Assembly: GCA_964595205.1 (NCBI GenBank)
Contig: CAZQOQ010000036.1
Span: 242,553-306,552, forward strand
Reading direction: 5' to 3'
Source of the DNA: an uncultured Flavobacteriales bacterium
GTDB lineage: Bacteria > Bacteroidota > Bacteroidia > AKYH767-A > 2013-40CM-41-45
Length of the DNA: 64,000 bases
Positions within the stretch are counted from its first letter, which is position 1; each line of letters starts with the position of its first letter. Both the position numbers and the translations under genes were made by a program. Below, one piece after another: positions 35,545 to 45,274 of this stretch. Below the pieces are notes generated by a model. It did no database searches. It was not told the DNA's origin and saw only the letters and a program-made list of their open reading frames with translations.

Positions 35545-36036
35545 TTATTCAATGGGCATATCAGAGGTACTCATTTCTCTTACGCTCACATATTTCCCAT
35601 TTCTTTTCTCAAATAGAACCATGTAGTTTCCTGTATTAATAGGAACATTTGCAGAATCGACCAATTTGTAATATCCAATTTCTAAAACCTGGTTCCCATC
35701 ATTGGATGGAAAAACATCATTGGTTTTAAAAGAAATTACATTACCCGTCGCAGAGGAATCGAAACTGGCTTTTATATAATCTAGAATTGCAGGTTTGCCG
35801 ATCAAAGGAGCTTTGTTTTCAGAAAAGACCACAGCATCATCTGCATAATAGCCGATATTCTTCATTTCACCTGAATTGTATACGGCAGCAAATTCATTTT
35901 CCCTGTCCTGAATTTCTTTTTTAATTTGTTCTTTATCGACCGTTACTGCTGCCTTCTGTTCATTTTTTGAATTGCATGAGACAGTCATAGAAATAAAACA
36001 GGAAAGAATGATTCCGGTTAAAATTTTATTTTTCAT
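35545..36036 (-). CDS. SnoaL/NTF2-like (DUF4440-like) lipoprotein
   Basis: Start MKNKILTGIILSCFISMTVSC (lipobox). About 160 aa. Confidence 0.4.
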   Translation of the reverse strand: MKNKILTGIILSCFISMTVSCNSKNEQKAAVTVDKEQIKKEIQDRENEFAAVYNSGEMKNIGYYADDAVVFSENKAPLIGKPAILDYIKASFDSSATGNVISFKTNDVFPSNDGNQVLEIGYYKLVDSANVPINTGNYMVLFEKRNGKYVSVREMSTSDMPIE

Positions 36037-36116
36037 AATTGTATTTTTTATGTTGCAGGTATTGGTCAAAGTTATGAAGTTCAAATTAATAAAAAAATTT
36101 TGAGACGGCTTTGTTT

Positions 36117-36698
36117 TTATTTTACATCGAGTGTGCTCGATTCGCTGAGTACCTTGTCAAGGTGCAGCCATCCAAATTTTCTTGCCTGGAAATAATTCAA
36201 ATCTTTGCCTGCAAAATTTTTTCTTATGATGTCGTCAAGAATTTCCTTTCTCACGAGGTATTTATTCAGATCTTCTGTTTTGATTTTAAGGTTATTCTTC
36301 CGGATGTATTCTTTAAACAGATCCAAATGCTGATCGCTGAAGATTGGATAGATGTCAGGCTTATGATAATTGCAATAAATAGAAGCAAAGTTAAGCAGTC
36401 GGTATGGGGTCCCGTTAAACTTAATATCAGCAATATCTTCAACCACCGAGAGGTCGTTTGAATTTAATTTCTTGTCGATGTTTAATTTTAATATATGATC
36501 TGCCATAACATCAACTGCACCCAGTTTCTTAATGTCGCCATGATTGATTGCACTGATTTTATTTTTAATGGTTTCCTTGTCATTGTTTAATGGATTCTTT
36601 TCAAAGAACTCCATATTCCTGATGTCGCTGACAAAATACATTTCCTGACCCTGCAGAGTATCGAAGTGTTTTTTGATATTGTTGCTTAAATTTTCCAT
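36117..36698 (-). CDS. Hypothetical cytoplasmic protein, AT-rich orphan
   Basis: 193 aa with no signal peptide. GC is visibly lower than that of neighbouring genes. Confidence 0.35.
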   Translation of the reverse strand: MENLSNNIKKHFDTLQGQEMYFVSDIRNMEFFEKNPLNNDKETIKNKISAINHGDIKKLGAVDVMADHILKLNIDKKLNSNDLSVVEDIADIKFNGTPYRLLNFASIYCNYHKPDIYPIFSDQHLDLFKEYIRKNNLKIKTEDLNKYLVRKEILDDIIRKNFAGKDLNYFQARKFGWLHLDKVLSESSTLDVK

Positions 36699-36810
36699 GA
36701 TTGTTTTTTATACCATTAAAAGTAAATTATTTTTTTTACAAGTATTATTAAAATCAACAAAAGAAAACCTGATTTAAATCATGTATTCGAAATTTATAAA
36801 ATAAAAAAAA

Positions 36811-36840
36811 GCCTTTCCGATTAAAAGTACCGGAAAGGCT
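36811..36840 (-). terminator. Rho-independent terminator for the 36861-37568 gene
   Basis: A perfect 9-10-bp stem gcctttccg/cggaaaggc with an 11-12-nt loop. An A8 tract (36803-36810) lies upstream on the plus strand and reads as a U8 run on the minus-strand transcript. Confidence 0.7.
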
Positions 36841-36860
36841 TTCTGCGTGAGTTTACAAGT

Positions 36861-37568
36861 TTACTTTCTTAGTAAATTGTGCTTGTTAATATCATCAACC
36901 ACTAATTTGGCGAAAGCATTAAACAATTCCGTTGAAGGTTCTTTCGTATAGCTTTTTGATTGACCGAACCAGAGTAAATCGGGAGTATTAACATCGAATA
37001 AACGACTTTCAATTATTACTTCCACATCGGTAACTGTATAACCTGGCGTTTCACGGGTTTCATAAATTGTCTGGTAATTCAGTGCAGAATAATTGTAGTA
37101 ATTATAATAATTGCCATAATAACTATTGTAGTACGGATTATAAGGTGTTGCATAAGTGCCAACCGGTACCTGTTCGGTTGTTCCGGGAACATATCGTTCT
37201 TTCTCGGTAACATTTGTAATAGCATTGGTAAGTAACATATCTACATTATTCTGGCGAAGCAGGTTTACCATTGTGGCAGAATCGTATTTCTGAACGTCCG
37301 GCTTGAAGACATCCAGTGCTGCTATCGCATTGTGTCCGCCTGCTTTCATCAAAGCAACAATATCATTTTCAACTACCATCCGGTTATTTAAATCTTTGCC
37401 TAAAACCATTACCATGATCTTTGGGCTGCTTTTTACTGTTGCTGTCTTATTAGACCACGATGATGTCAGTACGATTGGTTCAGCGCATGAAGAGATGAAA
37501 ATAGCCACAATGAATAAAAAGACAAGCTGCCTGATTTTTAACAGAAAATAATTTTTCATAATAATCAA
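36861..37568 (-). CDS. Hypothetical lipoprotein
   Basis: 235 aa, lipobox ISSC, Tyr/Asn-rich C-terminal half. Confidence 0.4.
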   Translation of the reverse strand: MIIMKNYFLLKIRQLVFLFIVAIFISSCAEPIVLTSSWSNKTATVKSSPKIMVMVLGKDLNNRMVVENDIVALMKAGGHNAIAALDVFKPDVQKYDSATMVNLLRQNNVDMLLTNAITNVTEKERYVPGTTEQVPVGTYATPYNPYYNSYYGNYYNYYNYSALNYQTIYETRETPGYTVTDVEVIIESRLFDVNTPDLLWFGQSKSYTKEPSTELFNAFAKLVVDDINKHNLLRK

Positions 37569-37660
37569 TTTATTTGAGTTCGTGCAAATATAAAAAGTTA
37601 ATGTTGATATATTGGAAACGATACAATTTTAATAGCTTTGCTTCAATTCATTCTAAAATT

Positions 37661-38263
37661 ATGAAATATCCCATCATTTATATTATTTTTTTATTTACAG
37701 CCCAACTGTCTTTTGCCCAGGTGAATGATTCGCTACAATCCAAAAATGATTCTATTGCAAAGGTCCAGGAAAAACCTCAAAAGGAGAGAAGAGATACCAG
37801 GCCTTTCAAAGACAGGATCGGATTTGGTCTCGGTACATCATTCTGGATTACGCCGAGTCAGACGTACCTAGAAGTTACTCCTGTATTGGCGTATCGTTTT
37901 CCTAAGACATTGATAACAGGCGTCGGTTACCGTTATATTTATCGTCACGATCGCGTATGGGGCAGAGATCTGAATGCATGGGGCCCTAATGTTTTTGCCC
38001 GCGTAAATCTCTTACGACGTGTGTATTTATGGACGCAATACGAAGTGTTGCGAAATGAGCACCTTACACAAATTGCAGGAAATGAAGTTACTAAGAATAC
38101 GCAGACAACAGAATCGTGGTTTGCAGGACTTGGTTTCGTTAAATCCGTCGGAAAAAAAGGAAGAGGTGGAATCAGTTTGCAAATTCTTTACAATTTCCTT
38201 TACGACAGGGATGATAATTTGTATTATTCTCCCGTTACATATCAGGTTGGATATTTCTTTTAA
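37661..38263 (+). CDS. Outer-membrane beta-barrel protein (DUF2490-like)
   Basis: ATG at 37661 gives MKYPIIYIIFLFTAQLSFAQ. The C-terminus is ...YQVGYFF. Confidence 0.45.
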   Translation: MKYPIIYIIFLFTAQLSFAQVNDSLQSKNDSIAKVQEKPQKERRDTRPFKDRIGFGLGTSFWITPSQTYLEVTPVLAYRFPKTLITGVGYRYIYRHDRVWGRDLNAWGPNVFARVNLLRRVYLWTQYEVLRNEHLTQIAGNEVTKNTQTTESWFAGLGFVKSVGKKGRGGISLQILYNFLYDRDDNLYYSPVTYQVGYFF

Positions 38264-38499
38264 TTTTTTGTTTCTTCTTTTTTTATTAATGTTGTATCAG
38301 AATTTGATTAATTGGGTATGGTATAAATACACCCCTTTAATAATAATCTAATTATTAGAGATAATTATTCATGATTAAGATCAATTTCATTCATGATTAG
38401 GGTCGTTAGAATAAATAAACCATCGTTTTTTCTTTGCTGGTATTTGGTGATTCAAACAGAAATTTTTCATTGCAAACTATTATCTAAAAATAAAAAAAT

Positions 38500-39702
38500 A
38501 TGAAAAATAAATTAATTCTTATTGTTCTCTTAATGAGCAGTACTTTTGCTTTCTCCCAGCAAACTACGGAAGAAAAGCGACTCGACATTTATGGCTTCGT
38601 TATGTTGGATGCAGGCTATAATGCCGGCCAGATTCATCCGGATTGGTACGACGTTGTTCGTCCCACAAAGCTTTCTGCTTATAAGGATCAGTATGGTCCG
38701 GATGGAAACTTTTTTATGAGTGTCCGTCAAACCCGTCTTGGATTTAAAGGATATTCTCCAACCAAATACGGCACATTAAAAACGCAATTTGAATTTGAAT
38801 TATTCGGAACCGGCGTGGATGCCGGTCAGACAACAATACGTCTGCGTCATGCATACGGTGAACTCGGCAAGTGGGGATTCGGACAGACATGGAGTCCGTT
38901 CATGGACATCGATGTTTTTCCAAATTCAATTGAGTACTGGGGACCGACCGGAATGGTTTTCTTCCGGAACATTCAGGCGCGTTACATGCCAATTCAGGGG
39001 GATACACGTTTAACGATTGCACTTGAACGCCCCGGTGCCAGTGCCGACCAGGGTCCATATGGTGTATGGCTGGACAGTTTTTCCGATATACGTCCGCATT
39101 TTCCATTGCCTGATTTATCAGCCGAATACCGTTTAGGACAAAAATGGGGTTACGTGGAATTAGCCGGTATTGTCAGGCAGATGAGTTGGGAAGATTTGGA
39201 TAATACCGGGGATGATCTTTCCGGCAGCCTGATGGGATGGGGACTTAACCTTAGTACAAATATTAAAATTGGTGGCAACGATGTCATCAGGGGTCAGGTA
39301 GTATATGGAGAAGGAATTCAGAATTACATGAACGATGCAACCGTTGATGTTGGCATCGACGCTCCGGCAAATGCCACTGCCGTAACTCCTGACGATGCCG
39401 TTGCATTGCCTTTGACAGGCATCGTAGCTTTCCTCGATCACAAATGGAACGATCGTTTTAGTACTTCTGTTGGATATTCATCAATTGATATCGATAATGC
39501 AGATGTTTCAAATGATACTTTCAAGAAAGGTCAGTATGCTTTAGTGAATTTGCTTTATACCCCTGTTGAAAATATGATGGCCGGAGTTGAATTGCAATGG
39601 GGCGATCGTGAGAACGAAGGATCAGTTGCCGGTTATGACGGAACTTCCATCACTAAAGTGCAGTTTTCTTTTAAATATAATTTCAGTGCAACAGTTAAAT
39701 AA
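38500..39702 (+). CDS. Outer-membrane porin (DcaP-like / Bacteroidota putative porin) co-transcribed with ansB
   Basis: 400 aa with a signal peptide and beta-strand periodicity. Its stop lies 3 nt before the ansB start codon. Confidence 0.55.
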   Translation: MKNKLILIVLLMSSTFAFSQQTTEEKRLDIYGFVMLDAGYNAGQIHPDWYDVVRPTKLSAYKDQYGPDGNFFMSVRQTRLGFKGYSPTKYGTLKTQFEFELFGTGVDAGQTTIRLRHAYGELGKWGFGQTWSPFMDIDVFPNSIEYWGPTGMVFFRNIQARYMPIQGDTRLTIALERPGASADQGPYGVWLDSFSDIRPHFPLPDLSAEYRLGQKWGYVELAGIVRQMSWEDLDNTGDDLSGSLMGWGLNLSTNIKIGGNDVIRGQVVYGEGIQNYMNDATVDVGIDAPANATAVTPDDAVALPLTGIVAFLDHKWNDRFSTSVGYSSIDIDNADVSNDTFKKGQYALVNLLYTPVENMMAGVELQWGDRENEGSVAGYDGTSITKVQFSFKYNFSATVK

Positions 39703-39705
39703 TCC

Positions 39706-40761
39706 ATGATCATGAAAAAAACACTATCTATTGCTGTCCTGTTGATTTGCATCTTTCTGCAAACTTTTGGTGAATTGCCAAGAGTGAAAATTCTCGCTAC
39801 CGGTGGAACCATTGCAGGTGCCGGTTCTGCAGCCGACCAGGCTGGTTATAAAGCAGGTGCTCTTCCGATCGACGATTTATTGAATGCCGTTCCACAGATT
39901 CACAAATTTGCCAGAGTTACCGGCGAGCAGATTTCCAGTATCGGTAGCCAGGATATGAGTATTGAAATCTGGTTGAAACTGAATAAACGGATCAATGAGA
40001 TTTTTGCCAAAGACGAAGCGGATGCTGTTGTGATCACACATGGTACTGATACGCAAGAGGAAACTTCTTTTTTCCTTAACCTGACTTTGCGCAGTGATAA
40101 GCCTGTTGTTTTTACAGGCTCAATGCGTGCCGCTACAGCAATCAGTGCCGACGGACCAAAAAATCTTTTCGATGCCGTTGTGGTTGCTGCAAGTCCGGCC
40201 AGTAAAGGCAAAGGACCAATAGTCGTTTTTTCTGAAAACATATACGATGGAAGAGACATTGTAAAAACAAACTCAACGCATATGGAACCTTACACTGCTC
40301 CAAACGCAGGCCCTATCGGTCAGGTTTACGATGCAAAAGTTTTTTATTACACCGAATCATTGCGTACATCCGACAAGGACACTCCATTTGATATAACCGG
40401 ATTAACTAAGTTGCCTCGCGTTGAAATCGTTTACATGTATGCGGATGCCAGTCCAACACTGATCAATACCCTGGTGAATGAAAAGGTAGATGGAATTGTG
40501 GTTGCAGGAGTCGGTAACGGTAATTTTAACAAAGCTTATTATGATGCAATCGACAATGCTGTAAAAAAGGGCGTTGTTGTGTGCAGGGCAACAAGATGTA
40601 CCGGTGGCCGCGTTGTTCTTAAAGATGAAGTGGATGATGATAAACTCGGTACGATCGTTAGTGATGACCTGAATCCGCAAAAGGCAAGAATTTTATTGAT
40701 GCTGGGTCTCACAAAGTCAAAAGATAAAAAACAACTGCAGGAGTATTTCTTTCAGTATTGA
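39706..40761 (+). CDS. ansB: Periplasmic L-asparaginase II
   Basis: Signal peptide. N-terminal LPRVKILATGGTIAGAG and ITHGTDTQEETSFFL motifs (type II asparaginase threonine triad region). Confidence 0.9.
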   Translation: MIMKKTLSIAVLLICIFLQTFGELPRVKILATGGTIAGAGSAADQAGYKAGALPIDDLLNAVPQIHKFARVTGEQISSIGSQDMSIEIWLKLNKRINEIFAKDEADAVVITHGTDTQEETSFFLNLTLRSDKPVVFTGSMRAATAISADGPKNLFDAVVVAASPASKGKGPIVVFSENIYDGRDIVKTNSTHMEPYTAPNAGPIGQVYDAKVFYYTESLRTSDKDTPFDITGLTKLPRVEIVYMYADASPTLINTLVNEKVDGIVVAGVGNGNFNKAYYDAIDNAVKKGVVVCRATRCTGGRVVLKDEVDDDKLGTIVSDDLNPQKARILLMLGLTKSKDKKQLQEYFFQY

Positions 40762-40783
40762 GAGTTAATATTTTTCATTAATA

Positions 40784-40817
40784 AAAAAAGCCTGGATTTA
40801 ATTCGGGCTTTTTTTGT
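40784..40817. terminator. Bidirectional Rho-independent terminator between ansB (+) and the malic enzyme gene (-)
   Basis: The sequence aaaaaaagcctggatttaattcgggcttttttt gives a roughly 8-bp stem flanked by an A-run and a T-run. Confidence 0.6.
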
Positions 40818-40851
40818 AAATTATAATATAGTTTTGTAACAGCGATGAAGA

Positions 40852-42468
40852 TTATTTATAGTCTGGTTCGTACATTTTACTTTTAATAAATGCACGAATA
40901 TCATTTGGTTTTTCAACTCCGGCCAGTCCACTTTCAAAAATCTGATTTGCAACTTTAACCGCTACGTTAAAGGATACGTTCAGGATGTTGTCGATAACGG
41001 GATAAATCAGGCCTTTATTATAATTTTCTTCAGTAACCTGTTCGGCCACGGCTTCAGCGGCGGTGATTAACATCTCATCCGTCACTCTTTTTGCTTCCGT
41101 TGCAAAAATCGCAAGACCCATTGCAGGAAAAATATAAACGTTGTTGCCTTGTCCCGGAGTAATTTTACGTCCTCCAATAGTTACAGGTTCAAAAGGACTG
41201 CCGCTTGCAAATATTGCTTTGCCTTTGCTCCATGTATAGGCTTGTTCAGCCGTACATTCAGAGTGAGATGTTGGGTTTGAATAAGGGAAGATTACCGGTC
41301 GTTCGTTGACTTTACACATGTTTTCAATGACTTGTTGATTGAAGGCTCCTCCCACAGTGCTCACGCCAATGATAGCGGTCGGCTTCAATTTCAGAATAGT
41401 TTCAGCAAAATCTTTCGAAGCATCACCTTCATGAGCGAAAGGTTTCTGATAATCGGCGAGATCAGTTCTGGATTTGACGAGTAAGCCGTTTACATCAAAC
41501 ATGCTGATGTGCTTATACGCTTCTTCTTTCGACAGCCCTTCTTTTTGAAATTTTCGGACCAACATTTCTGCAATTCCAAATGCTGCGGCACCGGCTCCCA
41601 GGAAAAGAATTCGTTGTTCATTAAAAGGCTTACCCGAAAAACGGCTCGCTGAAATAATTCCTGCAGTAGCAATGGCAGCTGTTCCCTGTATGTCGTCATT
41701 AAATGTGCAAATCCTGTCACGGTATTTTTCAAGGATGCGAATCGCATCCGCGCCAGGGAAGTCTTCCCATTGAATACAGATCTTCGGGAAAACTTCGTTC
41801 ACTGCAGTCACGAATTCTTCAACGAAATCATCAAATTCTTTTCCCCTGATTCTTTTTTTCTTCAGTCCGGGATAAAGAGGATCATTTAAAAAAGCTTCAT
41901 TGTTTGTTCCAACATCCAGTATGATAGGAAGCGTATACTCCGGTGGTACACCTGCACAGCTCGTGTATAAAACCAGTTTGCCTATTGGAATGCCGATACC
42001 GCAAATCCCAAGGTCCCCTAAGCCAAGTATACGGCCGCCGTCAGTAACAACTGTAAAACGCACGTCTTTAACAGGCCAGTTTTTCAGTATAGATTTGATA
42101 TTCCCTTTTTGTTCAATCGAAATAAATAAGCCTCTCGGCCTTCTCGCAATATGCCCAAAGCGCTGACAGGCTTCGCCCACTGTCGGTGTATAAACAAGCG
42201 GTAAAAATTTAGCAGGATTGCTTATGATCGTCCTGAAAAATAATGTCTCGTTACTGTCCAGAAGATGATTGAGATAAATGTATTTATTAATTGGAGTATC
42301 GAAACTTTCAAGTTGCTCATTCACCCGGAGAATTTGTGTTTCAATCGTCTCGATCGTGTCAGGAATAATTCCTTCAAGCCCGTATTTCTTTCTTTCTTCT
42401 TTCGTAAATGCATTCCCTTTGTTAGTCCGGGGATTTCGCAATAACGAATAACCAGTTGCCTCTTCCAT
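40852..42468 (-). CDS. maeA: NAD(P)-dependent malic enzyme
   Basis: 538 aa. Malic-enzyme N-terminus GYSLLRNPRTNKGNAFTKEERKKYGLEGIIP and NAD-binding GAGAAAFGIAEML. Confidence 0.85.
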   Translation of the reverse strand: MEEATGYSLLRNPRTNKGNAFTKEERKKYGLEGIIPDTIETIETQILRVNEQLESFDTPINKYIYLNHLLDSNETLFFRTIISNPAKFLPLVYTPTVGEACQRFGHIARRPRGLFISIEQKGNIKSILKNWPVKDVRFTVVTDGGRILGLGDLGICGIGIPIGKLVLYTSCAGVPPEYTLPIILDVGTNNEAFLNDPLYPGLKKKRIRGKEFDDFVEEFVTAVNEVFPKICIQWEDFPGADAIRILEKYRDRICTFNDDIQGTAAIATAGIISASRFSGKPFNEQRILFLGAGAAAFGIAEMLVRKFQKEGLSKEEAYKHISMFDVNGLLVKSRTDLADYQKPFAHEGDASKDFAETILKLKPTAIIGVSTVGGAFNQQVIENMCKVNERPVIFPYSNPTSHSECTAEQAYTWSKGKAIFASGSPFEPVTIGGRKITPGQGNNVYIFPAMGLAIFATEAKRVTDEMLITAAEAVAEQVTEENYNKGLIYPVIDNILNVSFNVAVKVANQIFESGLAGVEKPNDIRAFIKSKMYEPDYK

Positions 42469-42484
42469 TTTTATTTTTGTTTGA

Positions 42485-43867
42485 TCAGGTAATAAGAAGA
42501 ATCCATAGAATCGCTAAAAGCGGTCCTAATAATCCCACAACAATACCCCCTGTTTTGAAATCCGAAATTTTTAAAAAACCGGTACTGTATGCAATTGCAT
42601 TTGGTGGTGTTGAGACCGGCAGGAACAATGCTGTTGATGCCGCAAGACCAATGATGATCGCTATCTGCATCTGGAAACCTGCAAGTATTGCAATACCAAG
42701 CGGAATCAGGACTGTACCGGTGGCGGTATGACTCATGATGTTTGAAAATGCCATCGTCATGTAAGCGAGTATGAACATGAGAACAATATGATTGACATCG
42801 AGATTTCTCATCCGTTGTGCATAATGTTCTAAAAGACCGGAGTTCTGTAAAGCAATTCCGAGCGACAATCCACCTGCGACCAATAGCAAGGTATCCCATG
42901 GAAGCCCCTGAACGTCTTTACTTTTCAGTACCCCCGTAAGCGTAAGAAATACCAGCGGTATAGCGGAAACAGCTCCAACCTTAATTCCGTGTATGGATGT
43001 AGTCAGCCATAATAAGACAGTTACTATGATGATCACAAGGACTATTAATCGATTTGTCTTTTCTTCTTTCGTTTTTACGGTTTTATCTGCATGAAGAAAG
43101 TCAAGAGAAATTGGAGTATTGTCTTTGATATACTTCTTTGTTAGGACAAAGCAACTTATCCCTGTGAGTGCAAGTGAGAGGGGCAGGCCGTACATCATCC
43201 AGTCGAGAAACGATACCTGGATTCCAATATTTTCCAAAGCTCCGACAGCAATCAGATTCGGCGGACTCCCAATGATGGAGCCCATTCCACCGGTTGTGGC
43301 AGCAATGGGTACGCCGAGCAATAATGCTTTCGAGATACCTGATTTGTTTCCAAGAGAATTCAACAGAGGCATGATTGAAGCAATTACCATGGCAGTGGAA
43401 GCGGTGTTCGACATCAGCATGGATGCTATCATCGTAGTTGTCATTAGGCCGATAAGAAGATTTCTTGGATTCGATCCTGATACTTTCAGGGTAAAGCGAA
43501 ATAGTCCTTCATCCAGTTTGGTTTTCGTCATTGCGGCGGCAAGAAAAAATCCGCCGAGCATAAGCCAGATTACACTGCTGGAAAAAGTGGCGACATACTT
43601 TTCAATATTTTCTGGTGAAGCATTGAGATTTTTATTTCCAAGCGTAAAAACGAGGTATGCTATTATAAATATACTCACGGAAAAAGGAGGGACGGCTTCA
43701 GTGAACCAAAGCAACATGGCAAAGAACAATAGAAACAGCACATACACCTGAGTGGTTGTAAAGTCTGGCTCCTTAAGTATATACGTCAGTGCAAAGGATA
43801 CAATTAGAGAGAGTAAAAAATAAATTACCTGTTTATTTTTTGCTTTTGCTACGGGTTTATCTGACAT
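42485..43867 (-). CDS. DASS/SLC13-family anion (di/tricarboxylate or sulfate):Na+ symporter
   Basis: 460 aa and polytopic. Duplicated SNT/SNTA-like hairpin motifs are present (MSNTASTAMV...). The gene lies 16 nt upstream of the malic enzyme gene. Confidence 0.6.
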   Translation of the reverse strand: MSDKPVAKAKNKQVIYFLLSLIVSFALTYILKEPDFTTTQVYVLFLLFFAMLLWFTEAVPPFSVSIFIIAYLVFTLGNKNLNASPENIEKYVATFSSSVIWLMLGGFFLAAAMTKTKLDEGLFRFTLKVSGSNPRNLLIGLMTTTMIASMLMSNTASTAMVIASIMPLLNSLGNKSGISKALLLGVPIAATTGGMGSIIGSPPNLIAVGALENIGIQVSFLDWMMYGLPLSLALTGISCFVLTKKYIKDNTPISLDFLHADKTVKTKEEKTNRLIVLVIIIVTVLLWLTTSIHGIKVGAVSAIPLVFLTLTGVLKSKDVQGLPWDTLLLVAGGLSLGIALQNSGLLEHYAQRMRNLDVNHIVLMFILAYMTMAFSNIMSHTATGTVLIPLGIAILAGFQMQIAIIIGLAASTALFLPVSTPPNAIAYSTGFLKISDFKTGGIVVGLLGPLLAILWILLIT

Positions 43868-43923
43868 AGTAAAAAGATTTTAGTAAAACCATTCAACAAA
43901 AGTTTCTTCCATTGAGGTATAAA

Positions 43924-45207
43924 TCAAAGCATGAACTGTATCCTTGTTTGGAAGAACTGAGTGACTCCTTCTTTGTCAAACCGATTGAGCACACCATAAC
44001 CATATTCCAATTCTAACCTGACATTATCAGAAAGGTACCAGTTTAAAACCGGGGTGATCCGCCAGAACTTACCACCACGGAGAGTGCCATCGTTAAGGTT
44101 AATATTGGAAAACTGAAGTACCACTTCCCAGGCGCCGGGTCCGCCATCGAAGACGGATTTTTTCACCGGCACAAAACCAAACACACCGGTTGTTGTCCGG
44201 TATGGTCTTGTTTCGCCAGTAAGAATATAGGACGCCATAATCTCTCCACCATAAAATAAAGGATTTCCGGTTTCGGGGGAGGTAAACTTATGAGCATAAT
44301 ATTCCGAACCAATCATAAATGAATGATGTTGGAAATAAAACTCCCCTCCATAATGCACCGAGTGATCAGCCGGAAAAACCTCTGTGTCCACGAAGTAAGG
44401 TGCAGGATTAGCAAGGGGCCTTGATTTAACCCTGATCTTTTTATCTTCAGGTTCTGCGTAACGGCCATTGAAGGCAATTTGTATCACAGTCTTACCATCC
44501 GATGAATAAACAGGAAGCCACCCCAACCTGATAACTCCTGTCATATGAAAAGTTGAAAACGACTGATCTTTTGAAATCCAGTCTTTAAAGAAACCAATAT
44601 TCCATAGTATACGCGACTTTGGATCATATCCCATGTATTTAATTCCATCGGCAAGAATCGGAATGATGTCTATTCCTAATTGTCTTTCCATCGACCATCC
44701 TGCATATCCTACCATTATTTTATTCAGTGAAAATCCTTCCTTTGTACGACCGATGAAAACCCTGCCTTTTATTTCGGGTATATTAACCAACACACCCGTC
44801 TCACGTGCCCACCAGCTTCTTTGTCCGCCATCATACATCAATCCGAATTTCCAGGTGATTTCTCTTTTCGATTTGATTCTTCCCATCATGGTCAGGCGCA
44901 TATCTCTCAACTCGAATTTGGATTCAGCATCAATCTGTTCTTTGCTTACATCATCCTGATAGAATCCGGCGTACTCATATAGAAACCCACCTCCAAATTG
45001 TAATGAGGATACTGGTCCATCAAACTTATACCAGTAACTATAATCTTTTAAAGAGGAAGCAGAACTTTTATAAGTGGTATCCAAAACTTCTCCCTGTGTT
45101 CCATCCGGAATAGGTTCTCCAGGTTGCTGACCGATTATACGAAATGGTAAGGTCATCCCTGTTAATAGAGTCACAATGGAGATTAGAAACTTCCTCTTTA
45201 AAGACAT
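43924..45207 (-). CDS. Outer-membrane porin (phosphate-selective OprO/P-like?)
   Basis: The likely start is MSLKRKFLISIVTLLTGM. The C-terminus ...IQFML is beta-barrel-like. Confidence 0.45.
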   Translation of the reverse strand: MSLKRKFLISIVTLLTGMTLPFRIIGQQPGEPIPDGTQGEVLDTTYKSSASSLKDYSYWYKFDGPVSSLQFGGGFLYEYAGFYQDDVSKEQIDAESKFELRDMRLTMMGRIKSKREITWKFGLMYDGGQRSWWARETGVLVNIPEIKGRVFIGRTKEGFSLNKIMVGYAGWSMERQLGIDIIPILADGIKYMGYDPKSRILWNIGFFKDWISKDQSFSTFHMTGVIRLGWLPVYSSDGKTVIQIAFNGRYAEPEDKKIRVKSRPLANPAPYFVDTEVFPADHSVHYGGEFYFQHHSFMIGSEYYAHKFTSPETGNPLFYGGEIMASYILTGETRPYRTTTGVFGFVPVKKSVFDGGPGAWEVVLQFSNINLNDGTLRGGKFWRITPVLNWYLSDNVRLELEYGYGVLNRFDKEGVTQFFQTRIQFML

Positions 45208-45274
45208 ATATAAACACAACTCTGGTTTAACATTCGGAACTAACAAAACATCGAGGTTGTTTTAATAGTAAATG

